Shown: positions 57,084-64,000 of the stretch, piece by piece | Layout of the letters: each line of letters opens with the position of its first letter | Numbering within the stretch: the stretch's first letter is position 1 | Assembly: GCA_049325335.1 (NCBI GenBank) | Contig: JBMOMC010000002.1 | Span: 128,001 to 192,000 of the forward strand | DNA: 64,000 bases | Reading direction: 5' to 3' | From: Nitrospirota bacterium | GTDB lineage: Bacteria > Nitrospirota > Nitrospiria > 2-01-FULL-66-17 | The notes under the pieces: model-generated | Database searches by the model: none | Told to the model about the DNA's origin: nothing | Seen by the model: only the letters and a program-made list of their open reading frames with translations | Program-made: the position numbers and the translations under genes

Positions 57084-57644
57084 TTACGCGGGCGACGCCG
57101 TGCCGGCCAACACCGGGTTGGTCGCCAGAATCGCCTTCAACGCCGCGAGCATGGCGCTGGAGTCGTTCTGCGCGCCGGGGAACAATGTCGCGTAATGCTC
57201 CTGCGTCAACGCGAAGAACGCCGGCTGGAGATCAGCGGGCACGCCCATCAACGTGGCCAGCGACGCCAGGTGTTCACCGCGTCCCTGGGCCATTTCCTGC
57301 GAGAGGTTTTCGATCGTGGCTTGCGCGTAGATGGCGGTCTCGTGTTCGCGGCTGACGATCCCGTCCTGCGAGCAGCCGGATGTCCCGGTGGTCATCCCAA
57401 AAGTTTGGTTGCCGAACGTCGCGTTAGTGGTCGCAGCGAGCACTTGCGGCAGCACGCCGCGTTGTCCTTGAAAGAGCATGTAACCCAATCCGCAGCCCGG
57501 TCCGCTCTTGGCCATCGGCCCCCCGGCTCCGGGCAATTTGACCGATAAGGTTTTGTCGGCGGCCAATGCCGAGGTCCACGGCGCCGTGGACAACAGGACC
57601 GCGACCGAAGCCACAATCAAAATTGGTTGAGTCCGTTTCCGCAT
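57084..57644 (-). CDS. DUF3015 family exported protein
   Basis: Signal peptide; GPGCGLG, AATTNAT, NQTFGMTTGTSGC, EMAQGRGEHL. Confidence 0.85.
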   Translation of the reverse strand: MRKRTQPILIVASVAVLLSTAPWTSALAADKTLSVKLPGAGGPMAKSGPGCGLGYMLFQGQRGVLPQVLAATTNATFGNQTFGMTTGTSGCSQDGIVSREHETAIYAQATIENLSQEMAQGRGEHLASLATLMGVPADLQPAFFALTQEHYATLFPGAQNDSSAMLAALKAILATNPVLAGTASPA

Positions 57645-57737
57645 GAGTCCCTCCCTGTTGAGGTGAACCTTCAGCACGATGCGTGGCAGGGCTATACCAT
57701 AAGCGGGCGGAGAGGTTCAACCGATCGTGACGGCGGG

Positions 57738-58478
57738 TTAAGGGGTCTGGGAGATGGCCCTGGCGATTTCCTCCGTCACTCGATCGGCTGCTTCAGCGGG
57801 GTCTTTGGCCGCGCGGATCGGCCGGCCCACCACAATAAAGTCCGCGCCTGCGGCAATCGCCTCGGCCGGAGTCGTGGCGCGGCGCTGATCGTCCCCGGGA
57901 ACAGCGGCCCACGCCGGACGGATGCCGGGGGTGACAACCAGAAAGTCGGGACCGAATGTCTGCTTGATCGCGCGGACCTCGTGGCCGGAGCAGACCACGC
58001 CCGCGCAGCCCGCGTCGCGGGCGATGGCGGCGCGACGCAGCACCAACCCCTCGACGGTCAGGTCGGGCGCGTACCAACCGGTGGCGGCCATCTCGGTTTT
58101 CCCGAGGCTGGTCAAGGCCGTGACCCCGAGCAACTGGGGCGACGTCGCACGCGTGTCAGGACCCGAGAGGCTGTCGCTCTGCTCGCAGTGGACGGTGAGA
58201 AATCGCACGCGGGGTCTTGACGCGGCGGCGATGGCCGCGCGGACGGTGGCCGGGATGTCGTGCAGTTTCAGATCGAGGAACACGTCGGCGTCGCCGAGAT
58301 CCGCGATCGCGTCGATAAGGGACGGCCCGGTGCTCACGAACAATTCCAAGCCGACCTTGAACAGGCCAACGCGGCCTTTCAACGCGGTAACCAGGCGGCG
58401 GGCGTCCGCGGCAGACGGGACATCCAGCGCGACGATCAACGTGTTTTTGGCCGTGGCGCGAAGGTCGGTCACGGGCAT
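57738..58478 (-). CDS. pyrF: Orotidine-5'-phosphate decarboxylase
   Basis: IVALD, KVGLEL, FLDLKLHDIPAT, VTPGIRP, VVGRPI. Confidence 0.95.
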   Translation of the reverse strand: MPVTDLRATAKNTLIVALDVPSAADARRLVTALKGRVGLFKVGLELFVSTGPSLIDAIADLGDADVFLDLKLHDIPATVRAAIAAASRPRVRFLTVHCEQSDSLSGPDTRATSPQLLGVTALTSLGKTEMAATGWYAPDLTVEGLVLRRAAIARDAGCAGVVCSGHEVRAIKQTFGPDFLVVTPGIRPAWAAVPGDDQRRATTPAEAIAAGADFIVVGRPIRAAKDPAEAADRVTEEIARAISQTP

Positions 58479-59092
58479 CACAGCGCGGGTGATGTGCCTT
58501 GTTGATCGCCCGCATAGTAGGGCGTGGAGCCGCTCGCGTGATCGGTGGTGTCCACCACGCCGGTGAGTTCGGGGAACTCGTGGGACAACACGCGCATGAT
58601 CCCGTCGCGCAAGGTCTTGGTCGCCATGCTGCACCCCTGGCAGCCGCCGGACATTTCCACGTAGGCGACCGTGTCTTGCAGATCCACGAGCCTGACCCGT
58701 CCCCCGTGTTGGGCGAGGCCCGGGTTGATGGTCTGATCGAAGACCGCGCTGATCCGGCGGGCAAGGTCGCTGTCCCACGCCGGGTTCGGGTTGTCGATGA
58801 CCCAGCCCTGCGTGAATCCCGATGACAGGTAGTCGATTTCCGCGCCGCGGATCCACTCCACGCTCGCGTGATTCAGATACAACGTCCGCGCGCCGCACGC
58901 GATGGTGGGGTCGCGCGGATCGATCTGATCAGGGGCCACGAAGTCGAACGTGTAGGTGAAACTGCCCTTCTCGCGTCCCACGGTCAGCCGGACTCCGATA
59001 TTTCGGCTCCCGGCTAAGGCGGACTCCACCTTGGCAATCGCCTGGTCGGTGAGCCGCACGATCGGGCGGCTCTCGGTGGCTGGTTCGGTCAT
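58478..59092 (-). CDS. nfuA: Fe-S biogenesis protein NfuA-like (degenerate A-type domain + NifU C-terminal domain)
   Basis: INPGLAQHGG, MSGGCQGC, DTTDH. Confidence 0.85.
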   Translation of the reverse strand: MTEPATESRPIVRLTDQAIAKVESALAGSRNIGVRLTVGREKGSFTYTFDFVAPDQIDPRDPTIACGARTLYLNHASVEWIRGAEIDYLSSGFTQGWVIDNPNPAWDSDLARRISAVFDQTINPGLAQHGGRVRLVDLQDTVAYVEMSGGCQGCSMATKTLRDGIMRVLSHEFPELTGVVDTTDHASGSTPYYAGDQQGTSPAL

Positions 59093-59269
59093 GACGCGGT
59101 CCCTCGGGTTCGTCCGTCTGAACGTGCTGCGTTGGGGCATTGTCTCAGACCGGGCGGTGCGAAGCAAGCCGCCATGGGCAGGGCTCGGCGGTTTTGACGG
59201 CCCGTGGATTGGCGCATAGACTTTCCCGGTGGTCACGCGCCGGCGTTGATCCGGCAGAAAGGGCAAGCC

Positions 59270-59653
59270 ATGGAAAATCCTGCGAATCGTCGAGAGTTCA
59301 CGCGGGTCAACATCTCGGTGGCGGTCGAGTTGTCCCCGCCGAATCAGCCCAAGATCGCCGGCCAAGGCCGAAGCCTCAGCGTAAAAGGCGTCTACGTCGC
59401 GAGTCCGCGGACACTGGCTCCGGGGACGGACTGTCCAATCACGATCATCCTCACCGGCGGCGGGGAGCCCATGTCCGTGCGAGTTTCGGGGAAGGTCGTG
59501 TACACGAATAAAGAGGGCATGGGCATCGAGTTTTTCGAGATGGATACCGAGAGCTTCATCCACCTCCAGAATCTCGTGCTCTATAACTCGCTGGATACCG
59601 CGAAGGTGGAGCGCGAGTTTGAAGAACACAACGGGATCAAACGCAAGGGATAA
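59270..59653 (+). CDS. PilZ domain protein
   Basis: RREFTR (RxxxR), SLSVKG, GMGIEF. Confidence 0.8.
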   Translation: MENPANRREFTRVNISVAVELSPPNQPKIAGQGRSLSVKGVYVASPRTLAPGTDCPITIILTGGGEPMSVRVSGKVVYTNKEGMGIEFFEMDTESFIHLQNLVLYNSLDTAKVEREFEEHNGIKRKG

Positions 59654-59682
59654 CGCAGGTCGTCACCCTCATCGGAGGGAAA

Positions 59683-59757
59683 TGGTGGGCGATGCTGGTA
59701 TCGAACCAGCGGCCTCTTGCGTGTGAAGCAAGCGCTCTACCACTGAGCTAATCGCCC
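59683..59757 (-). tRNA. tRNA-Val(CAC)
   Basis: Cloverleaf, anticodon stem CTTGC/GCAAG, loop TTCACAC, CCA end. Confidence 0.95.
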
Positions 59758-59770
59758 GATCACGGCAAAA

Positions 59771-60901
59771 TCAAGAAGTTGCATTGTACTTATCCGCCCC
59801 GTCCGAGTCAATTGTGCTCGCCGTTGTGCTCGCCGGGGCCTCGGGGCCGACTATTCCGAGTAAGTTCCGCACCGTGGCGCGGTCTTGTGCGAGGGCGGTC
59901 AGCTTCGTGCGTGCCACGTCCAAATCGCGGGCACTGACAATCGCATAGCGGTCGAACACACTGCGCGTCTTATGCCCGGACATCCGCATGGCCACCACGT
60001 CCGGAATCCCGGCCTGCACCATGTTCCGCACCGCGCTGCGCCGCAAATCGTGAAACAACCGTCCCTCCTGCCCCGCCTTCTTTGTGCCGTCGGTCCACGC
60101 GCGCCGAAAGTGGGTGATTCGCTTCCCGCGGAAATGACACACCCACGGACAATCGGGATACTCGGCCCGCGTCATGCGCCGCCACTCCATCAGGAGGGCG
60201 TGGACCTCGGGAATCAACGGGGCCTCGCGGCCCTCGTTATTTTTCGTCGTGCCCGGCTCCAGCCGGATCGTGCCGTGTTCCAACTCCACCTGGTCCCAGC
60301 ACAACCCGAGTATTTCCCCTTGCCGCAGCCCGGTCCAAAAGGCAATGGCCACCGCTACCCGCACGTGGGGAAGCACCACTGCCATCAGCGTGCGGTAGTC
60401 CTCTTCCTCAAAAAAGCCCTTCCGGACGTTCTCGCCCTTAAGCAGCGGAATGTAGGGGGTGCTGGCCACCAACGGCGGCTGGGCGCGCGCGCCCAGCGAG
60501 AACATGCGCTTCAGGGCGGTCAGCTCCCGGTTAATCGTGGCGGTGGCGCGGCCCTCCGCGCGCCGTCGCGCGATGTGCTCGCGAATCCGCATCGTGCCGA
60601 GTTCAGACGCCAAGAGGCCGCGGAACGTCTTCGTGAGATTGACCACGTGCGCCGACGCCGTATCCAGGCTGCGCCGGTTGTTCAGGCGGTAGTCATCCAG
60701 ATACAAGGCCGCCAGTTCGTCGAGCGTCGTGCGTTCGGCCTGCACTGCGGGCGCGCGGCCGTTGGCCACGTCGCCTTCGCGCCGTTTCAGCAGTGTCGAT
60801 GCGACGGATTTGAGGTCAGCGCCGGACGACTCCCGGAATAACTGGCCGCGGCGGTAGTACTGCACCCACCACACCCGGCCGCGTTTGTAGACACGTCCCA
60901 T
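59771..60901 (-). CDS. int: Tyrosine recombinase (phage integrase)
   Basis: TGLRQGE (R), TKN (K), FHDLRR (HxxR), SGH, RY (Y). Confidence 0.93.
   Translation of the reverse strand: MGRVYKRGRVWWVQYYRRGQLFRESSGADLKSVASTLLKRREGDVANGRAPAVQAERTTLDELAALYLDDYRLNNRRSLDTASAHVVNLTKTFRGLLASELGTMRIREHIARRRAEGRATATINRELTALKRMFSLGARAQPPLVASTPYIPLLKGENVRKGFFEEEDYRTLMAVVLPHVRVAVAIAFWTGLRQGEILGLCWDQVELEHGTIRLEPGTTKNNEGREAPLIPEVHALLMEWRRMTRAEYPDCPWVCHFRGKRITHFRRAWTDGTKKAGQEGRLFHDLRRSAVRNMVQAGIPDVVAMRMSGHKTRSVFDRYAIVSARDLDVARTKLTALAQDRATVRNLLGIVGPEAPASTTASTIDSDGADKYNATS
59783..59811 (-). promoter_or_regulatory. sigma70 promoter for tRNA-Val inside the integrase 3' end
   Basis: TTGACT-17-TACAAT ending 25 nt before the tRNA 5' end. 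Confidence 0.7.
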
Positions 60902-60932
60902 AAGCGATCGATCGCTCCGCGCGGGCCAAAAG

Positions 60933-61130
60933 TCAAGACCCGTGCGAGTTTTTGAGCCGCCCGATATAGGTATCGAGGTCGGCCCGGTCGATCAGCACGC
61001 GCCGCTTGATGCGGAGATAGGGCAGGTCGCCCCGGAATATCAGGTCGCGTAGTGTCCAGTACGACACCCCGAGATAGGTCGCGGCTTCGTGTTGAGACAG
61101 GAGACGAGGCGTCAAGGTTTCAGCCTTCAC
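60933..61130 (-). CDS. Excisionase-like HTH protein
   Basis: LLSQHEAATYLGVS...GDLP..RI..RVLID; GGGAGG RBS. Confidence 0.85.
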   Translation of the reverse strand: MKAETLTPRLLSQHEAATYLGVSYWTLRDLIFRGDLPYLRIKRRVLIDRADLDTYIGRLKNSHGS

Positions 61131-61704
61131 GGTGTGCCTCCCGCAGACGACGGCGCGCGGTGGATCGGCTGCAATGTAGCCGACGCGCAATCACCCCGAA
61201 GGACAGCCCCTCGGCCCGCAACCGCGCGACCTCGTCCGGCTGCGCCTCGTTGACCGGCCGTCCCAGCCGCACCCCACGGGCGCGCGCCGCATCGAGTCCG
61301 GCCTTGACCCGTTCGCGGATGATGTCGCGTTCAAGCTGCGCCATCGCGCCGATGATGGTAAACATGGCGAGGCCAATCGGCGTGGACGTGTCGAACTGTT
61401 CTTGCAGCGAGACAAAGCCCACGTTCAGGCTGCGGAACTGTTCCAGCCCCGTGATGAGGTGCTTAACCGACCGGGCGAAGCGGTCAAAGCGCCAGACCGC
61501 CACGGCCTGAAACTGCCCGGCCCACGCGGCCGTGAGCATCCGGTCGAGGGCGGGCCGCCGTTCCCTCGCGCCGGAGTAGCCGCGGTCCACAAATTCTTCG
61601 ACAATGCTCCAGCCCCGCGCCGCCGCGTGCGTCCGCAACGCGACTAACTGGACTTCCGGTTCCTGCCCCTCGGTACTCACGCGGGCGTACAGTGCAACCT
61701 TCAC
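61120..61704 (-). CDS. Small serine recombinase (resolvase/invertase)
   Basis: YARVST, SGARERRP, DRFARS, ERDIIRERV..G, C-terminal HTH. Confidence 0.92.
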   Translation of the reverse strand: MKVALYARVSTEGQEPEVQLVALRTHAAARGWSIVEEFVDRGYSGARERRPALDRMLTAAWAGQFQAVAVWRFDRFARSVKHLITGLEQFRSLNVGFVSLQEQFDTSTPIGLAMFTIIGAMAQLERDIIRERVKAGLDAARARGVRLGRPVNEAQPDEVARLRAEGLSFGVIARRLHCSRSTARRRLREAHREG

Positions 61705-62921
61705 GGTGTCCCTCCTTTGAAAATCAATACGTATTCGTGCAACGTGGGAATGAAGCGCGCGGGGCCGTAGCGGAAGTGCTGCGCGTGGCGTTCGTGCTGG
61801 CCGTCCTTAATCAACACGGCCTCAAGCGGCAACACGTTCCAGCGAATCAGGTCGGAGTGAATCGGGAAGAACACGCCATTTTTGCGGCCGTCGCCGATGA
61901 GGATTACCACGCGGCCCGTGGGCGTGACGACCGTAGCAAGCCGCTCGAATCCCGCGCGCAAGCGTGCCGCGAAATCGTCATAGCCGCGCGCGTTCGACAA
62001 ATCATTCGGATGGTCGCTGTACTGAAATCCCGGCCAGTAAGGCGGGTGCCAGAACACCACGTCGAAGCGGCGGTCCGGCAACGGCGAGGACAACAGGTCG
62101 AATCCGGCCGTCAGGTCCCGGCCCTCGTACTCAATCTTGAGGTCGGCGCACACCTCGCGCGTGGTCCCGCCGCCTTCCATCGGGTCGAAGACCGACGCGG
62201 GCTTGTAGTAGTCGAACACGTCAATGAGCAGATACCCCGAGGCATTCCCGAAGTACTTCGCCTTGCCCCACGGCCCGCGTTCGGGATAGCGCAGCAGCGA
62301 CGTGAAGCCCGACCGGGTTTGCAGGTGTCGCCGGATCGCCTCTTGCCGGGCCTTGGCCTCAACCACGGCGCGCTCGAGCGTGGACTTCGGGACCCCGGTA
62401 GCTGTCTCCGCCTCGCGCAGCGACGCGCCGTTATCTATGAGGCGCAGCGCCGCGGCCAAGCCCTCGCGCGTGACGGTGTCCCGTTTATAAGCGGCTAATA
62501 TCTGGGCCACCCGTGCTTGGGAGAGGCCCGCGGCCGTCGCGATCTCGGCTTGCGTGAGGCCTTGCGCCGCGAGTTGCGCGAGCACGCGGTTGCGCTGCGC
62601 GGTCGGAATCGGCGCGCCGTGCCGGTTCAGTTCCAAGGCGCGCGCCAAGTGGCGCTCGGGCGGGCAGTCCTCGAAGATGACGGGCACGGTGTCGGCTCCC
62701 GCGGCGTGGTGGGCGCTCAAGCGGTGGAAGCCGTCCAGCAAGACACCGGTTGCTCGGTCTACGCGCAGCGGGGGCAAGCCCTCGCGGTCTTCGCGGTAAC
62801 GGGCGAGCGCGTCCTCGTCATACTCGGCCCGCGGCCAGGCCGTGCGGTCTTGCCGAATGGCGGACAGCGGGACCGCCTCTACGCGCCCCGGAGCCGGGCG
62901 TTCGTCGGGTGCGGGCATCAT
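61701..62921 (-). CDS. ParB/Srx-like domain + HTH + amino-DNA-methyltransferase fusion
   Basis: LLDGFHRLSA, GLTQAEIA, FDPMEGGGT (motif I), HPPYW (motif IV), HEYVLIF. Confidence 0.75.
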   Translation of the reverse strand: MMPAPDERPAPGRVEAVPLSAIRQDRTAWPRAEYDEDALARYREDREGLPPLRVDRATGVLLDGFHRLSAHHAAGADTVPVIFEDCPPERHLARALELNRHGAPIPTAQRNRVLAQLAAQGLTQAEIATAAGLSQARVAQILAAYKRDTVTREGLAAALRLIDNGASLREAETATGVPKSTLERAVVEAKARQEAIRRHLQTRSGFTSLLRYPERGPWGKAKYFGNASGYLLIDVFDYYKPASVFDPMEGGGTTREVCADLKIEYEGRDLTAGFDLLSSPLPDRRFDVVFWHPPYWPGFQYSDHPNDLSNARGYDDFAARLRAGFERLATVVTPTGRVVILIGDGRKNGVFFPIHSDLIRWNVLPLEAVLIKDGQHERHAQHFRYGPARFIPTLHEYVLIFKGGTP

Positions 62922-64000
62922 CGGGCGGGCTCCACGGCGTTCGGTGCGCCATAATCCCCGCCCGTCGAAGTGGCCGCCGTTACGCGTGCGGTTGAGCGGG
63001 CGTGGGACTGGCAGAGGGCGCGCGCGCCGTAGGTGGTCCACGTCCCGGCCCCGCAGTCGGCGCAGCGGCCGAAAGCCCTCACGTGCTTCGGCCCGAGTCC
63101 CGGAATCTCGCGCGGCCAGCCGGTGCCGTCGTCCGCCCCTAGATAGCTAGCTAGGGTATCTATGGGCTGGGCGGTAGATATATCTCCGGGCGGTGAGCCC
63201 GGCTCAGAGTCCGTAGCTATATAGCTATGGGAACACCCCTCGGCGTTCTGTGCCGTCTCCCTCGCGTCGTGTTTCTTGTGTGGACGGGATTCATCCAGAA
63301 CATCCGGAACAAGTCTGTTGTTTCCAGGAGTTGCGTCATAATTGCGATCCGGAACAACGGGCCGATGTTCCGGATCGCAAACCGCGATAACCGTCTGATT
63401 TAACGGAGTTGTTCCGGATGTTCCGGATAAACGGCCCCCGGAAGGAGAAGGACCCGACGGGAGATACCGCGACCAGGTCTCACGGAATTGGTCCCGGCGG
63501 TAGCTCTGCCGGGTGTCCTTGCCGGTCCGGACCTTCTGCGGGCGGATGTTGAACCCCTTGAGCCGGTCCGCGAGGTGGCGGGGTGTGATGGCCTTCCCGT
63601 ACCAGTCGCCCCACGGCGCGTCTTCGATCGCCGCTAGCGCGTGACACAATTCTTCGGAGGTCATGTAGTCCGACGGCGCGTCGGCAAACAGGCTCCGAAT
63701 ATCCGCCAGCAGGCGAACCGCGATCGACGCCTCGTCCGGGGCGGTGTGGCCATCCAGCGCGAGGACCGCCGCGCGGGCGCGGCCCGGCCACTCACCCCCC
63801 GCAGCGTCGGCAATCGCGAGCAGCGGTTCGGCTCCGTCTTGCGTGCGGTCACTCAGTGCCGGCGGGAGGTCGGGTGTGGCGTCCTTGAGTGTGGCGACGT
63901 GCGCCGCGGCCCACTCGGCGATTTGTTCCCGGATCACTGCGGCGTCCACCTCGGCGCGCCGCCGCGTGGGACCGCCGAATCCTTCCATCGGTTCCTCGCG
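62918..64000 (-). CDS. DUF3631-domain primase/helicase-associated replication protein (partial)
   Basis: PLLAIADAAGGEWP..AR, LLADIR, APWGDW, LADRLKGFNIRP, FRETWSRYL. Confidence 0.7.
   Translation of the reverse strand, partial: REEPMEGFGGPTRRRAEVDAAVIREQIAEWAAAHVATLKDATPDLPPALSDRTQDGAEPLLAIADAAGGEWPGRARAAVLALDGHTAPDEASIAVRLLADIRSLFADAPSDYMTSEELCHALAAIEDAPWGDWYGKAITPRHLADRLKGFNIRPQKVRTGKDTRQSYRRDQFRETWSRYLPSGPSPSGGRLSGTSGTTPLNQTVIAVCDPEHRPVVPDRNYDATPGNNRLVPDVLDESRPHKKHDARETAQNAEGCSHSYIATDSEPGSPPGDISTAQPIDTLASYLGADDGTGWPREIPGLGPKHVRAFGRCADCGAGTWTTYGARALCQSHARSTARVTAATSTGGDYGAPNAVEPAR
63293..63428. repeat. Symmetric iteron-like array of ATCCGGAAC units
   Basis: Three forward and three inverted units around a 15-bp perfect inverted repeat. 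Confidence 0.7.

Larger units (their letters stand above)
59771..64000 (-). mobile_element. Integrative element / phage-satellite-like island (one end; continues beyond window)
   Basis: Co-oriented DUF3631 gene, ParB-MTase, resolvase, excisionase and integrase abutting tRNA-Val. Confidence 0.8.

Overview
High-GC bacterial chromosome segment. The gene and repeat content looks Nitrospirota-like, but that is an inference. In order: the tail of a cytochrome c cluster; yebC-ruvCAB; a type II R-M pair followed by decayed gene fragments; a GMC oxidoreductase-DUF1080 fusion; an operon of FAD monooxygenase, polyprenol-phosphate mannose synthase and two TMTC-like GT-C/TPR proteins; an M16 peptidase-larE-peroxiredoxin-VIT1 operon; clpS/yyaL; an Nramp-like transporter, mrp and a diguanylate cyclase; a long liv-gcvT-gcvPA-gcvPB-sdhA run lacking gcvH and sdhB; a decayed AbrB/VapC toxin-antitoxin pair; an expanded DUF3015/DUF4105(Lnb-like)/alpha-beta hydrolase envelope cluster; pyrF, nfuA and a PilZ gene; and the end of an integrative element (tyrosine integrase, excisionase, serine resolvase, ParB-methyltransferase fusion, DUF3631 gene with an iteron-like array). 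The element sits on the 5' side of tRNA-Val. Four tRNA genes (Arg, two Ser, Val) and at least six families of miniature repeats are present. No CRISPR array or rRNA was seen. The best candidates for undescribed systems are the DUF3015/DUF4105 cluster, the TMTC-like glycosylation operon and the tRNA-5'-side element, whose integrase tail contains the tRNA promoter. All family names come from motif recognition, not database searches.
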